DNA of 64,000 bases from Candidatus Eiseniibacteriota bacterium (GTDB taxonomy: Bacteria; Eisenbacteria; RBG-16-71-46), in NCBI GenBank assembly GCA_041483195.1, contig JBGPFC010000002.1:1-64000 (forward strand). The letters run 5' to 3'. Positions 37,206-52,430 of this stretch are shown in pieces. Both the position numbers and the translations under genes were made by a program. Under the pieces are notes generated by a model. It saw only the letters and a program-made list of their open reading frames with translations. It searched no databases and was not told the origin of the DNA. Every line of letters begins with the position of its first letter. Within the stretch, counting starts at the first letter, position 1.

Positions 37206-38345
37206 ATGCTGAGACGCTGTCTGTTCGCGGGGCTGGGTCTCTCGGTCCTCGCCTCGCCCGTTTTCGCGCAGCTGCCTTCCACGATTTCCCCAGCGCTGTT
37301 CGCGTTTCCCGGCGCGCATTCCGGTCCCGGCTCCGCGGCCTCCGCCGGCCTCGCGCTCGCCGATCGATTCCTGGGGGACGAGCCATTCTGCAATCCCGCC
37401 ACCGCGCGGGCGGCCACGCTGGTGCTCTCCCCAGCGCTGCTCCACGTCGGCCGCCAGGACCTGCGCGCCGACAATCGCCGCTACGACGAGGAGTCGGCGT
37501 TCATCGACGTGGCCGGCGGCTGGTTCGGCGCGAAGCGCGGCGCGCTCGGGATCACGGTGTACGGCTACCAGCCGGTGGTGCGCCTCGAGAACAACACGTT
37601 CCTGCGCGGCACGGCGCTGAACGCGCCCGGCGCGGAGCAGAGCACGAGCTCGATGCGCGAGTCGCGCGCCGGCGTCGGGCTCTCGTTCGGCTTGGGGCGC
37701 GTGCGGTTCGGCATCGCCCCCGAGTGGACGCAGCGCAACGATCGCTACGAGATTCACGACACCGGCGGGCCCGCGCCCGAGGTGCGGATCGCGTCCTTCT
37801 CGGGCGGCGGGTGGGGCGCTCAGGCGGGTGCGCGCGTCGCCTTCGGCGACACAGCAGCCGGCGCGATCCTGCTCGGCGCGGCCGCCCGCTACGTGCCATC
37901 GCTCGCGCTCGGCGGCGAGGAGCAGTTGGATCTGGTAGGCGGGAAGAGCACGCGCACGATCGCCGCCACGCGGAAGGCGGCGTGGGAGGGCGGCCTCGCG
38001 CTGCGCTGGTCGCCGACCGTCGCGTTCCACCTCATGGCTTCGGCGGGCGGCCGCACGGCGCAGCGATATGACGGATTCGGCGTGAGCCGCGGCGCGGGCG
38101 GCGACTGGAGCGTCGCCTGCGCGTTTCACGACGCGCGCGACCCTTGGATCGCGCGCGTGGGGCTCGGCGGGGAGCAGGAGCGCGGCGTGGCGGAGCCGCG
38201 GACGAGCGTGGTCGGTCTCGGCGCCGGCTGGATCCTCGAGAGCACCGTGCTCGAGCTGGGCATCCTGCACCGGGGCTTCGAGCGGAGCGGTCACGCTCCG
38301 TCGACCGAGGAGCGAGTCGTGATCGGCGTGACCCAGACGTTCTGA
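37206..38345 (+). CDS. putative outer-membrane beta-barrel protein
   Basis: Signal peptide; early NPA motif; Gly/aromatic strands; C-terminal VIGVTQTF. Confidence 0.65.
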   Translation: MLRRCLFAGLGLSVLASPVFAQLPSTISPALFAFPGAHSGPGSAASAGLALADRFLGDEPFCNPATARAATLVLSPALLHVGRQDLRADNRRYDEESAFIDVAGGWFGAKRGALGITVYGYQPVVRLENNTFLRGTALNAPGAEQSTSSMRESRAGVGLSFGLGRVRFGIAPEWTQRNDRYEIHDTGGPAPEVRIASFSGGGWGAQAGARVAFGDTAAGAILLGAAARYVPSLALGGEEQLDLVGGKSTRTIAATRKAAWEGGLALRWSPTVAFHLMASAGGRTAQRYDGFGVSRGAGGDWSVACAFHDARDPWIARVGLGGEQERGVAEPRTSVVGLGAGWILESTVLELGILHRGFERSGHAPSTEERVVIGVTQTF

Positions 38346-38377
38346 CGGTTGCGCCGGGAAGGCGCGCGGAACCCGTA

Positions 38378-38386
38378 TGCTATACT
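38378..38386 (+). promoter_or_regulatory. extended -10 promoter of tRNA-Leu-tig-clpPX-lon
   Basis: TGcTATACT, near consensus. Confidence 0.65.
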
Positions 38387-38494
38387 GCGATTCGAACTAC
38401 GACATCCACGCGACCCGCGTCGGCGCGGGCGTCTCGGCGCATACCGACCGGGTCCGATTCAGGGTCGCGGGCGTCCGCGGCCCCGTTCCGCGAT

Positions 38495-38576
38495 GCGAGA
38501 GTGGCGGAACTGGCAGACGCGCTGGATTTAGGATCCAGTGGGGAAACTCGTGGGGGTTCAAATCCCCCCTCTCGCA
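38495..38576 (+). tRNA. tRNA-Leu (anticodon TAG)
   Basis: Acceptor stem GCGAGAG/CTCTCGC; anticodon arm CTGGA-TTTAGGA-TCCAG; long variable arm; T arm GGGGG-TTCAAAT-CCCCC; CCA not encoded. Confidence 0.96.
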
Positions 38577-38626
38577 CTGATCGCGCGTTCGCAACACCCT
38601 CCTCACCCACGGAGCACGGCTCACCC

Positions 38627-39922
38627 ATGGATCTCAAGGTTCGCGCGAGCGGCACCTGGCAGCACACGATCGACATCGAGGTGCCGGTGGAGGAGGTCGA
38701 GGGCCGCCTCGTCGACGTCGCACGGCAGCTCCAGCGCCGCGCGAGCCTGCCCGGCTTCCGCCCGGGCCGGGTTCCGCTCGAGATGGTCCGCCAGCACTTC
38801 GCGGACCGCGTCGAGCAGGAGTTCATGGAGACGTTCGTCCCGCGCATCGCGGGCGAGGCGGTGGATCAGGCCCGGCTCAATCCGGTCATCCCGCCGCTCG
38901 CGCGCAACCTGCGCTTCACTCCGGGACAGCCCCTGCGCTTCGAGTTGCTGGTCGACGTGCGGCCCGAGGTCGAGGCCAGGGACTATCGCGGCATCCCGGT
39001 CAAGCGGAGCGCGCACGTATTCGACGACGCGGGAGTGGAGCGCGCGCTGAACGAGCTGCGAGAGGAGTCCGCGGTGTTCGCGGATCTCGACCGGCCGGCG
39101 CAGCGCGGCGACATCGTGCTGCTCGACTCGACGCGCCTCGATGCGAACGGGCGGCGGCTGCCGGGCTCGCGGCTCAAGGCCCGCCGGATTCCGCTCGGCA
39201 CCCCGGACGTGCTGCCCGATCTCGAGAACGGGCTGCTGGGGGCCGAGGCCGGACAGGAGCGGACGATCGAAATCGCATACCCGGCCGACTACCCGGTGCA
39301 GGAGCTGGCGGGCAAGCCCGCGCGTTACGTGGTGCGGGTCCGCAAAATCCAGGAGAAGAAGCTGCGCGATCTGGACGATAACTTCGCTCGGGACGTGTTT
39401 CGTCTCGAATCGCTCGAGGAGCTACGCTCCCGGGTCCGGCTCAATCTCGAGGGGGAAGAACGCGTGCGGGTGCAGCGCGAGGTCGAGTCGGCGATCGCCG
39501 AAGAGCTGATCCGTCGCAATCCGGTCGATTTGCCGGAGCGGCTGGTCGCGTACATGCTCGATCGCGTGATCGCGGAGGCGATGGGAGAGCGGCCGGTGGA
39601 CGATGCGCTGCGCCGGGAGCTCGTGACGCGTTACCTTCCGGGAGTCGAGCGCTCGCTGCGGCGCGAGGTGCTGCTGGGCGCGGTCGCGCGCCAGGAGAAG
39701 CTCGAGGTCTCCGAGGAGGACGTCGCGGGGGAGATCGAGCGCATGGCGCAGGCCGAGCCGCGACAGGCGGCGCGGGTGCGCGCCCGCTATCAGAGTGCGG
39801 AGCGGCGGCAGGCGCTCCACGAATCACTGCTCGAGCGCAAGGCGCTCGACTGGCTGATCAACGCGGCGGACGTGCAGGACGAGGCCACGGAATCTCGGCT
39901 GATCGTTCCCGCCGCCCGCTGA
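38627..39922 (+). CDS. tig: trigger factor
   Basis: Ribosome-binding [12 protein letters not shown]-like middle domain; LDDNFA; upstream of clpP. Confidence 0.93.
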   Translation: MDLKVRASGTWQHTIDIEVPVEEVEGRLVDVARQLQRRASLPGFRPGRVPLEMVRQHFADRVEQEFMETFVPRIAGEAVDQARLNPVIPPLARNLRFTPGQPLRFELLVDVRPEVEARDYRGIPVKRSAHVFDDAGVERALNELREESAVFADLDRPAQRGDIVLLDSTRLDANGRRLPGSRLKARRIPLGTPDVLPDLENGLLGAEAGQERTIEIAYPADYPVQELAGKPARYVVRVRKIQEKKLRDLDDNFARDVFRLESLEELRSRVRLNLEGEERVRVQREVESAIAEELIRRNPVDLPERLVAYMLDRVIAEAMGERPVDDALRRELVTRYLPGVERSLRREVLLGAVARQEKLEVSEEDVAGEIERMAQAEPRQAARVRARYQSAERRQALHESLLERKALDWLINAADVQDEATESRLIVPAAR

Positions 39923-39954
39923 TCGCGGTTCATTCAACGAGGAGTCGAGACGAC

Positions 39955-40539
39955 ATGGGCCTGGTTCCCATCGTAGTGGAGCAGACGGGTCGCGGAGAGC
40001 GCGCGTACGACATCTACTCGCGGCTCCTCAAGGACCGGATCATCTTCATCGGCACCCCGATCGACGACATGGTCGCGAACCTGGTCATCGCCCAGATGAT
40101 CTTCCTGGAGGGCGAGGACCCGGATCGCGACATCAATCTCTACATTCATAGCCCGGGCGGCATGGTCACGGCCGGGCTCGCGATCTACGATACGATGCAG
40201 TTCGTGAAGCCCGACATCGCGACGCTCTGCATGGGCCAGGCGGCGAGCATGGGCGCCGTGCTGCTCGCGGCCGGCGCGAAGGGCAAGCGCTCGGTGCTGC
40301 CGAACTCGCGCATCATGATCCACCAGCCGCTGGGCGGCACGCAGGGCCAGGCCACCGACATCGAGATCTACACGCGCGAGATGGTCAAGATGCGCGACCA
40401 GCTGAACGGCATCCTCGCGAAGCACACCGGCAGGCCGATGGAGCAGATCGAGAAGGACACCGACCGCAACTACTTCATGTCGGCCGAAGAGGCCAAGGCC
40501 TACGGGATCGTCGACGAGCTCATCGAGAAGCGTCGCTAG
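39955..40539 (+). CDS. clpP: ATP-dependent Clp protease proteolytic subunit
   Basis: [42 protein letters not shown]. Confidence 0.98.
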   Translation: MGLVPIVVEQTGRGERAYDIYSRLLKDRIIFIGTPIDDMVANLVIAQMIFLEGEDPDRDINLYIHSPGGMVTAGLAIYDTMQFVKPDIATLCMGQAASMGAVLLAAGAKGKRSVLPNSRIMIHQPLGGTQGQATDIEIYTREMVKMRDQLNGILAKHTGRPMEQIEKDTDRNYFMSAEEAKAYGIVDELIEKRR

Positions 40540-40548
40540 GGGAGCGTC

Positions 40549-41808
<1,260 letters not shown>

Positions 41809-41842
41809 CCGCTCCGCTCCACCCGTCACACCGGAGAATCCG

Positions 41843-44317
41843 TTGTCCCCGAACCCGCCCAAAGACCGGCCCTCGCGCGCGGCGCGCAAGCCGGCCGCCG
41901 CGGAGAAGCCGCAGACGCTGAGCATCGCGCGCGGCGACGAGCGCTTCACCTTCCGCGACCGCCTGCCGCTGCTGCCGCTGCGCGACGTCGTCATCTTCCC
42001 GTACATGACCATCCCGCTGCTGGTGGGACGCCTGCCGTCGATCAACGCGATCGAGAAGGCGGTGGCGCGCGACCGGATGCTGTTCGTGACCGCGCAGAAG
42101 AGCAGCGAGGTCGCCGATCCGTCGCACGACGAGCTCTACAAGGTGGGCACGGTGGTGCGCGTGCTCCAGCTGTTCCGGCTGCCCGACGGCACCATTCGGG
42201 TGCTGGTCGAGGGACTCTGCCGCTGCCGGGTCGAGCGTTTCGCGTGGTCGAGCGACTACTACACCGTGAAGGTCGCGGTGCTCGAGGAGCTGACCGTCGC
42301 CGGGACCTCGGTCGAAGCGCAGATGCGCCACGTGCTGTCGCTCTTCAACGACTACGTGCACCTCAACAAGCGCATCCCGGACGAAGTGCTGATGACGGCG
42401 AACAACATCACCGACCCGGCGTCGCTCGCGCACACCGTGTCGGCGCACCTGCTGGTCAAGGTGCCGCAGAAGCAGCGCCTGCTCGAGATCGAGGGCGTCG
42501 CCGAGCGCCTCAAGCTGCTGGGCGAGACGCTCGCCGCCGAGCTCGAGATCGTGAAGCTCGAGCGCAAGATCGAAGGCCAGGTGCGCTCGCAGGTGCACAA
42601 GAACCAGAAGGAGTTCTATCTCAACGAGCAGCTCAAGGCGATTCGCAAGGAGCTGGGCCACCAGAACGAATTCTCGAGCGAGATCGACGAGCTGTCCGCC
42701 GCGATCAAGAAGGCGCGCATGCCCCGCGAGGTGGTGCCGCGCGCGCTCAAGGAGCTGGACCGGCTCTCGAAGATGAGCTTCATGTCGCCAGAGGCGACCG
42801 TGGTGCGCAACTACCTCGACTGGCTGGTGTCGCTGCCGTGGCGCAAGGCCACGCGCGACAACCAGGACATCCGCGGGGTCGAGCGGATCCTCGACGAGGA
42901 CCACTTCGGCCTCCGCAAGGTGAAGGAGCGGGTGGTCGAGTACCTGTCGGTGCTCAAGCTCACCGGACGGAACAAGGGGCCGATCCTGTGCTTCGTCGGC
43001 CCGCCCGGCGTGGGCAAGACGTCGCTCGGCAAGTCCATCGCGCGCTCGCTCGGCCGCCGTTTCGTGCGCGTCGCCCTGGGCGGGGTGCGGGACGAGGCCG
43101 AGATCCGCGGGCACCGCCGCACCTACATCGGCTCGCTGCCGGGGCGCATCGTGCAGAGCCTGCGCCGCGCGGGCAGCAGGAATCCCGTGTTCCTGCTCGA
43201 CGAGATCGACAAGCTGGGCGCCGACTTCCGCGGCGACCCGTCGTCGGCGCTGCTCGAGGTGCTCGATCCCGAGCAGAACCACACCTTCAACGACCACTAC
43301 CTCGAGGTCGACTTCGACCTGTCGCAGGTCATGTTCATCTGCACCGCCAACTCGCTCTACTCGATCCCGCCCGCGCTGCAGGACCGCATGGAGACCATTC
43401 GCCTGCCCGGTTATCTCGAGACCGAGAAGGTGCAGATCGCGAAGCGCTTCCTGGTGCCGAAGCAGACCGCGGCGGCCGGCCTCGGGCCGAGGGACGTTCG
43501 CGTCACCGAGCCGGCGCTGCAGGCGATGGTGACCCGCTACACGCGCGAGGCCGGGGTCCGCAATCTCGAGCGCGAGATCGCGGGGCTGTGCCGCAAGGTC
43601 GCGAAGCGGAAGGCGTCGGGCCTGCTGCGCCACGGGGTCACGGTGACGCAGTCCAACCTGCACCGCTACCTGGGGCCGACCCGCTTCCTCGACGACGTCA
43701 TCGAGCGCGTGGCTCGCATCGGGGTCGCGAACGGGCTGGCGTGGACCGAGACCGGCGGCGAGGTGCTCACCATCGAGGTCACCATCCTGCCGGGCAAGGG
43801 CGAGCTGCAGCTCACCGGCAAGCTGGGCGAGGTCATGCGTGAATCCGGACAGGCGGCGCTCTCCTACGCCCGCTCGCGCGCGCAGCAGCTCGGGCTCGAC
43901 AAGTGGTTCTATCGCGACATCGACATTCACGTGCACGTGCCGGAGGGCGCGAGCCCGAAGGACGGTCCGTCCGCGGGCATCACGATCGCCACCGCGCTCG
44001 TCAGCGCGCTGACCGGGGTTCCGACCCGGCCCGAGGTCGCGATGACCGGCGAGATCACGCTGCGCGGCACGGTGCTCCCGATCGGCGGCCTGATCGAGAA
44101 GGCGGTGGCGGCGCGGCGGGCGGGGCTCAAGACCGTCGTGATCCCCGCCGCGAACGAGAAGGATCTGGTCGAGATTCCCGACGACGTGCGCGCCGATCTT
44201 CAGTTCGTGCGGGTCGAGACCATGGACCAGGTGCTGGAACTCGCGCTCGACCGCGCGCCGCGGACCGAGGCGCCGCCCCGGCCCGACGACATCGAGCCCG
44301 CGCACTACACCCACTGA
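41843..44317 (+). CDS. lon: endopeptidase La
   Basis: [50 protein letters not shown] start after GGAGA. Confidence 0.97.
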   Translation: MSPNPPKDRPSRAARKPAAAEKPQTLSIARGDERFTFRDRLPLLPLRDVVIFPYMTIPLLVGRLPSINAIEKAVARDRMLFVTAQKSSEVADPSHDELYKVGTVVRVLQLFRLPDGTIRVLVEGLCRCRVERFAWSSDYYTVKVAVLEELTVAGTSVEAQMRHVLSLFNDYVHLNKRIPDEVLMTANNITDPASLAHTVSAHLLVKVPQKQRLLEIEGVAERLKLLGETLAAELEIVKLERKIEGQVRSQVHKNQKEFYLNEQLKAIRKELGHQNEFSSEIDELSAAIKKARMPREVVPRALKELDRLSKMSFMSPEATVVRNYLDWLVSLPWRKATRDNQDIRGVERILDEDHFGLRKVKERVVEYLSVLKLTGRNKGPILCFVGPPGVGKTSLGKSIARSLGRRFVRVALGGVRDEAEIRGHRRTYIGSLPGRIVQSLRRAGSRNPVFLLDEIDKLGADFRGDPSSALLEVLDPEQNHTFNDHYLEVDFDLSQVMFICTANSLYSIPPALQDRMETIRLPGYLETEKVQIAKRFLVPKQTAAAGLGPRDVRVTEPALQAMVTRYTREAGVRNLEREIAGLCRKVAKRKASGLLRHGVTVTQSNLHRYLGPTRFLDDVIERVARIGVANGLAWTETGGEVLTIEVTILPGKGELQLTGKLGEVMRESGQAALSYARSRAQQLGLDKWFYRDIDIHVHVPEGASPKDGPSAGITIATALVSALTGVPTRPEVAMTGEITLRGTVLPIGGLIEKAVAARRAGLKTVVIPAANEKDLVEIPDDVRADLQFVRVETMDQVLELALDRAPRTEAPPRPDDIEPAHYTH

Positions 44318-44337
44318 GTGATCCGGAGCCGCGAGCC

Positions 44338-45474
44338 ATGACGGCGTCCAGGATCCGGCTCTTCACGCCCGGCCCGGTGGAGATTCCCGCCCGCATCCTG
44401 CGGGCGCTCGCGCAGGTGCCGCCGCATCATCGCACCGACGTCTTCCGCGACGTGATGAAGCGTGTCACCGAGGGGCTGCGCGCGCTGCACGGCACGCAGG
44501 GAGAGGTGTTCCTGCTCGCCGCCTCCGGCACCGGGGCGATGGAAGCCGCGGTCGTCAACCTGCTCGGGCCCGGCTCGCGCCCGCTCGCGATCGGCGGCGG
44601 AAAGTTCGGCGAGCGCTGGGCGAGGCTGCTCGAGGCGTACGGCCTCACGCACCAGACCCTCGACGTGGCGTGGGGGGCCGCGGTGGATCCCGGTGAGGTG
44701 GAGCGTCGGCTCGCGCTCGACCCCTCGATCGACACCGTCTTCGCGACGCACAGCGAGACCTCGACCGGCGCGCTCCACGACGTCGAGTCGATCGCGCGCA
44801 TCACCCGGGCGCGGGGCGTGCGGCTGGTGGTGGACGCGATCACCAGCATCGGGGTGCATCCGCTCCCGCAGGACGCATGGGGCGTCGAGGTCGTGGTGTG
44901 CGGCTCGCAGAAGGGGCTCATGGTCCCGCCCGGCATCGCGACGGTGAGCCTCGCGCCGTGGGCGCGAGGCGAGATCGACGGCGAGCGGCTGCCGCGCTTC
45001 TATTTCGACCTGCGCAAGGCGCGCAAGAGCGCGCCGCTCGGCGAGAGCGCGTTCACGCCCCCCACGAGCCTGGTGCTCGCGCTCGAGGAGGCGCTCGGGA
45101 TGATCCGGGAGGAGGGGCTGGATCGCGTGCTCGATCGGCATCGCCGTCTCGCGCATGCGACGCGCGCGGGAGCGGAGGCGCTGGGCTTCACGCTGTTCTC
45201 GAGCAGCCCTTCCCATGCGGTCACGGCGCTCGTGCCCCCGCCCGGCATCGAGGCGGGCGCGCTGATCAAGCGGCTGCGCGAAGCGCACGGCATGGTGGTG
45301 GCGGGCGGGCAGGACGCGCTCAAGGGCCGGATCGTTCGAGTCGGTCACATGGGCGCGTACGATCTCGGCGACATCCACGCGTTGCTGGGCGCGCTCGAGG
45401 CGTGCGTCGTCGCGATGGGCCGGCCGGCGGGCGGCGCGGTTCCCGCGGCGCGGCTCGCGTGGGAGCGCGCATGA
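44338..45474 (+). CDS. class V PLP aminotransferase (serine-pyruvate/alanine-glyoxylate or phosphoserine aminotransferase type)
   Basis: FTPGP, HHRT, SGTGAMEA, GKFGERW, HSETSTG, VDAITS, GSQKGLM.PPG, RVGHMG. Confidence 0.92.
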   Translation: MTASRIRLFTPGPVEIPARILRALAQVPPHHRTDVFRDVMKRVTEGLRALHGTQGEVFLLAASGTGAMEAAVVNLLGPGSRPLAIGGGKFGERWARLLEAYGLTHQTLDVAWGAAVDPGEVERRLALDPSIDTVFATHSETSTGALHDVESIARITRARGVRLVVDAITSIGVHPLPQDAWGVEVVVCGSQKGLMVPPGIATVSLAPWARGEIDGERLPRFYFDLRKARKSAPLGESAFTPPTSLVLALEEALGMIREEGLDRVLDRHRRLAHATRAGAEALGFTLFSSSPSHAVTALVPPPGIEAGALIKRLREAHGMVVAGGQDALKGRIVRVGHMGAYDLGDIHALLGALEACVVAMGRPAGGAVPAARLAWERA

Positions 45475-46382
45475 AGGTGCTGGTGACCGACGCGCTCGCC
45501 CCGCGCGCGCTCGAGCGTCTGCGCGAGGCCGGGCACGAGGTGATCGAGGCGTCCGGGCTCCAGGGCGCGGCGCTGGTCGCGGCGCTCGATGGGGTGCAGG
45601 CGCTCATCGTGCGCGGCGCGACGCGCGTCACCGGCGAGGTGCTGCGCGGCGCGCGTTCGCTCAAGGTGGTGGTGCGCGCCGGGACCGGGCTCGACAACAT
45701 CGATCAGAGCGCGGCGCGGCATCAGGGCATCGCGGTGTTCAACACCCCGCACGCGAACGCGGTCTCGGTCGCCGAGCTGGTATTCGGCCTCGCGCTCGCG
45801 TTCGAGCGCCACCTCGCGCCCGCGTCGACCGACTTGCGCGCCGGCCGCTGGGAGAAGGCGAAATTCTCGGGGCGGGAGCTGTCGGGCCACCGGATCGGGC
45901 TGGTGGGCTTCGGCCGGATCGGGCGCGAGGTCGCGCTGCGCGCGCGCGCCTTCGAGCTGGAGGTGTGGGCGAACGATCCGCTCCTCCCGCACTGGCCCTT
46001 AGGCTTCGAGTGGGTGCGCCGCGCGACGCTCGACGAATTGCTGGGCGCGTGCGACTACGTCTCGCTCCACGTGCCGCTCTCGCCCGACACGCGCGGGCTG
46101 ATCGGCGCCCCCGAGCTGACCGCGATGCGCCGGGACGCCGTGCTCGTCAACTGCGCGCGCGGCGGTCTGGTGGACGAAGCCGCGCTGCTCGCGGCGCTCG
46201 AGGCCGGGGCGTTGCGGGGGGCGCTGCTCGACACGTTCGCGAACGAGCCTCCCGGGGCGAGCGCGCTGCTCGCGCTCCCCAACGTGCTCGCGACGCCGCA
46301 TCTCGGGGCATCGACCGACGAAGCGCAGCGCCGCGCCGGCGAGGAGGCGGCGGCCGTCGTGATCGAGGCGCTGGGCGACTGA
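45471..46382 (+). CDS. serA: D-3-phosphoglycerate dehydrogenase-like 2-hydroxyacid dehydrogenase (short, no ACT domain)
   Basis: RAGTGLDNID, NTP.AN..SVAE, GFGRIG, N.ARGG.VDE, EP, TPHLGAST.EAQ; ATGA overlap. Confidence 0.8.
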   Translation: MKVLVTDALAPRALERLREAGHEVIEASGLQGAALVAALDGVQALIVRGATRVTGEVLRGARSLKVVVRAGTGLDNIDQSAARHQGIAVFNTPHANAVSVAELVFGLALAFERHLAPASTDLRAGRWEKAKFSGRELSGHRIGLVGFGRIGREVALRARAFELEVWANDPLLPHWPLGFEWVRRATLDELLGACDYVSLHVPLSPDTRGLIGAPELTAMRRDAVLVNCARGGLVDEAALLAALEAGALRGALLDTFANEPPGASALLALPNVLATPHLGASTDEAQRRAGEEAAAVVIEALGD

Positions 46383-46426
46383 GCCGCGCGCGGGGGCGCG
46401 CCGGAGCTCCATCCTCTGGAGGATCG

Positions 46427-47125
46427 ATGAAGGTCGCCGACATGAACTGGATGCAGGTCGAAGCGTGGCTCGCCCGCGACGATCGCGCGGTGCTCCCGAT
46501 CGGCAGCACCGAGCAGCATGCCTACCTGAGCCTCGCGACCGACAACCTGCTGGCGGAGCGCGTGGCGGTCGAGGCCGCGGCGCCGCTCGGCGTCCCGGTG
46601 TTCCCGGTCGTGAGCTACGGCATCACGCCGACCTTCCGCGAATATCCCGGCACCGTGTCCCTGCGGGTGGAGACCCTGATCGCGGTGATCCGCGACGCCC
46701 TCGACAGCCTGGACGCGAGCGGATTCCGCCGCGTGTTGATCGTGAACGGGCACGGCGGCAACGCGCCGATCCAGACGTTCGCCGGCGAATGGGCGGCCGA
46801 TCACCCCCGCACGCGCGTGCGGTGCCACAACTGGTGGAACGCCCCGCGCACGCTCGCGCGCGTGCGCGAGATCGATCCGGTCGCGTCGCACGCCTCGTGG
46901 ATGGAGAGCTTCCCGTGGACCCGGGTCGCGGGGGCGGAGCCGCCCGATGCGCAGCGGCCGATGGTGGATCTCGCGCGGCTGCACCTGCTGCCGCCCGCCG
47001 CCGCCCGCGCGCTGCTCGGCGACGGCAACTTCGGTGGCCGCTACCGGCGCGCGGACGATGAGATGGAGTCGATCTGGCGCGTGGCCGTCGATGAGACGCG
47101 CGAGCTCATGGAGCGGTGGGAATAG
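46427..47125 (+). CDS. creatininase family amidohydrolase
   Basis: GGAGGA RBS; PIGSTEQH, TD, YPGT.SL, NGHGGN, HA.W.E. Confidence 0.92.
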   Translation: MKVADMNWMQVEAWLARDDRAVLPIGSTEQHAYLSLATDNLLAERVAVEAAAPLGVPVFPVVSYGITPTFREYPGTVSLRVETLIAVIRDALDSLDASGFRRVLIVNGHGGNAPIQTFAGEWAADHPRTRVRCHNWWNAPRTLARVREIDPVASHASWMESFPWTRVAGAEPPDAQRPMVDLARLHLLPPAAARALLGDGNFGGRYRRADDEMESIWRVAVDETRELMERWE

Positions 47126-47165
47126 GCGGCCTGGCATCACCGGCGGCGCCGGCGCGTCTCGCGTG

Positions 47166-47174
47166 TGGTAGCCT
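47166..47174 (+). promoter_or_regulatory. extended -10 promoter
   Basis: TGgTAGCCT about 36 nt before the ATG. Confidence 0.4.
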
Positions 47175-47210
47175 GCGCGGCCGAACCGCTCCCAACCAGG
47201 AGATCACGCC

Positions 47211-49346
47211 ATGAGCCGGCATCCCCGATTCCGCGTGGCCGCCGCTGCGCTGGCCGCCCTCACGCTCACGAGTCTCGCGCTCACCGCCTCGGCCTCCGCC
47301 CCCTCGCCGCCCGCGACCCGCCGGGGTGACGTGAAGGAAGTCCTCCACGGGGTCGAGATCGTCGATCACTACCGCTGGCTCGAGGACAAGAACGCCCCCG
47401 AGACCCGCGCGTGGATCGACGCGCAAAACGCATACACCGCCTCCATGCTCGGACCGGTGCCGGGCCGCGCCCAGGTGCACGCGCGGCTCGAGCAGCTGCT
47501 GAAGGTCGACGCGGAGAGCGTCCCATTGGAGCGCGGCGGCCGGACCTTCTTCTCGAAGCGGCTGGCGGATCAGGATCTGTTCGTGCTCGTCATGCGCCAG
47601 GGGGAGGGCGGGCCGGACGAGGTGCTGGTGGATCCGCATCCGCTGAGCCCCGACCACACGGTATCCGTGAGCATGCTCGACGTCTCGGACGACGGAACGC
47701 TGCTCGCCTACGGCACGCGGCAGGGGGGCGAGGACGAGACCACCGTGACCCTCCTCGATCTGGCCACCCGCAAGGAGCTCCCGGACCGGCTGCCGAAGGC
47801 CCGCTACTTCGGAATCTCGATCACACCCGACAAGTCCGGGATCTACTACTCGCGGTTCGGGAGCGCGGGCGCGCGCGTGTATTACCACCGCATGGGCTCC
47901 GATCCCGCCGCCGACACGCTGCTGTTCGGCGAAGGCTATGGCCCCGACAAGATCGTGGTGTCGTCGCTCTCGGAGGACGGCCACTGGCTGCTGATCGCGG
48001 TGTACTACGGCTCGGCGACCGACCAGTCCGAGATCTACGTGCAGGACGCCGCGGCGCACGGTCCGATCACGCCGATCGTGAACGACGTGAAGGCCTATTT
48101 CCGCCCCGACATCGGCGGCGACCACCTGTACCTCCAGACCAACTGGAACGCTCCGAACGGCCGCATCCTCGACGTCGATCTGCTTCATCCCGCTCGCGAT
48201 CGGTGGAAGGAGCTGGTCGCCGAGCTCAAGGACGCCGTGATCGAGGACATCTCGCTCGCGGGCGGCAGGCTCTGCGTGAACTATCTGAAGAACGTGGCCT
48301 CGAGCGTCGAGGTGTTCGACGCCTCCGGAAAGTCCGAGCGCACGATCGCCTTCCCCACGCTCGGCTCGGTGGGCGCGATCCGCGGCCGCTGGGGCAGCCC
48401 CGAGGCGTACTTCAGCTACACGTCGTTCACGGTGCCATCGATCATCTACCGCTACGGCGTCGCGACCGGGGACCAGCGCGAGTGGTGGAAGGCGAGCGTG
48501 CCGATCGGTGGCGATCCGATCGAGGTCAGGCAGGTGTGGTACGCGTCGAAGGACGGTACCCGGATCCCGATGTTCCTCGTGTACCGGGCGGGACTCCGGC
48601 TCGACGGCAGCCACCCGACCTACCTGACCGGCTACGGCGGTTTCACGGTGAGCGAGACGCCCGCCTATTCCGCGCGTGCCGCGCTGTGGATCGAGAAGGG
48701 CGGCGTCTTCGCCCTGCCCAACCTGCGCGGCGGCGGCGAGTTCGGCGAGGCCTGGCACCACGCGGGCATGCTCGAGAAGAAGCAGAACGTGTTCGACGAT
48801 TTCATCGCGGCGGGCGAGTGGCTGGTGAAGAACCGCTACACCCGCCCCGAGAAGCTCGCGATCGCGGGCGGCAGCAACGGCGGCCTGCTGGTGGGCGCCG
48901 CGCTCACCCAGCGCCCCGACCTGTTTTGCGCGGTGGTGTGCAGCGTGCCGCTGCTCGACATGCTGCGCTACCAGCAATTCCTGGTCGCGCGCTTCTGGGT
49001 TCCCGAGTACGGCTCATCGGAGGACGCGCGCCAGTTCAAGACGCTCTACGCATACTCGCCGTACCAACACGTGAAGCCCGGCGTGAGCTATCCCGCGGTG
49101 CTGTTCGTCACCGGGGACTCGGACACCCGCGTCGATCCGCTGCACGCGCGCAAGATGACGGCCCTGCTCCAGGCCTCGACCGGGTCCGACCATCCGATCC
49201 TCCTCCACTACGACACCAAGCTCGGCCACGCGGGCGGGAAGCCGGTCAGCAAGCAGATCGACGACACCACGGACGAGCTGATGTTCCTGTTCTGGCAGCT
49301 GGGCGTGAGCGCGGCGCCGAGCGCGGCGGTGCCCGGAACGAACTGA
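47211..49346 (+). CDS. secreted prolyl oligopeptidase (S9A)
   Basis: Signal peptide; D.YRWLED, SKDGT.IP, GYGGF, RGGGEFG..WH, GGSNGGLL, D.RV.P.H..K, GH. Confidence 0.96.
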   Translation: MSRHPRFRVAAAALAALTLTSLALTASASAPSPPATRRGDVKEVLHGVEIVDHYRWLEDKNAPETRAWIDAQNAYTASMLGPVPGRAQVHARLEQLLKVDAESVPLERGGRTFFSKRLADQDLFVLVMRQGEGGPDEVLVDPHPLSPDHTVSVSMLDVSDDGTLLAYGTRQGGEDETTVTLLDLATRKELPDRLPKARYFGISITPDKSGIYYSRFGSAGARVYYHRMGSDPAADTLLFGEGYGPDKIVVSSLSEDGHWLLIAVYYGSATDQSEIYVQDAAAHGPITPIVNDVKAYFRPDIGGDHLYLQTNWNAPNGRILDVDLLHPARDRWKELVAELKDAVIEDISLAGGRLCVNYLKNVASSVEVFDASGKSERTIAFPTLGSVGAIRGRWGSPEAYFSYTSFTVPSIIYRYGVATGDQREWWKASVPIGGDPIEVRQVWYASKDGTRIPMFLVYRAGLRLDGSHPTYLTGYGGFTVSETPAYSARAALWIEKGGVFALPNLRGGGEFGEAWHHAGMLEKKQNVFDDFIAAGEWLVKNRYTRPEKLAIAGGSNGGLLVGAALTQRPDLFCAVVCSVPLLDMLRYQQFLVARFWVPEYGSSEDARQFKTLYAYSPYQHVKPGVSYPAVLFVTGDSDTRVDPLHARKMTALLQASTGSDHPILLHYDTKLGHAGGKPVSKQIDDTTDELMFLFWQLGVSAAPSAAVPGTN

Positions 49347-49389
49347 CTCCGGGCGACGGTGAGGCTCGAACCCGCGCGGCGTCCCGATG

Positions 49390-52426
<3,037 letters not shown>

Positions 52427-52430
<4 letters not shown>

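Noticed and set aside
38409..38469. Structured RNA in the tRNA-Leu leader (CGCGACCC/GGGTCGCG, GTCGG/CCGAC)
   Set aside because: Such pairing is easily produced by chance at this GC content and matches no riboswitch I recognise
38495..38627. tRNA-Leu as an integration site
   Set aside because: Followed directly by tig in the usual order; no integrase or duplicated tRNA 3' end seen
46427..47125. Creatininase-family gene as the missing ring hydrolase of the purine cluster
   Set aside because: Opposite strand, part of the lon-serA run, separated by the peptidase gene; no linking evidence
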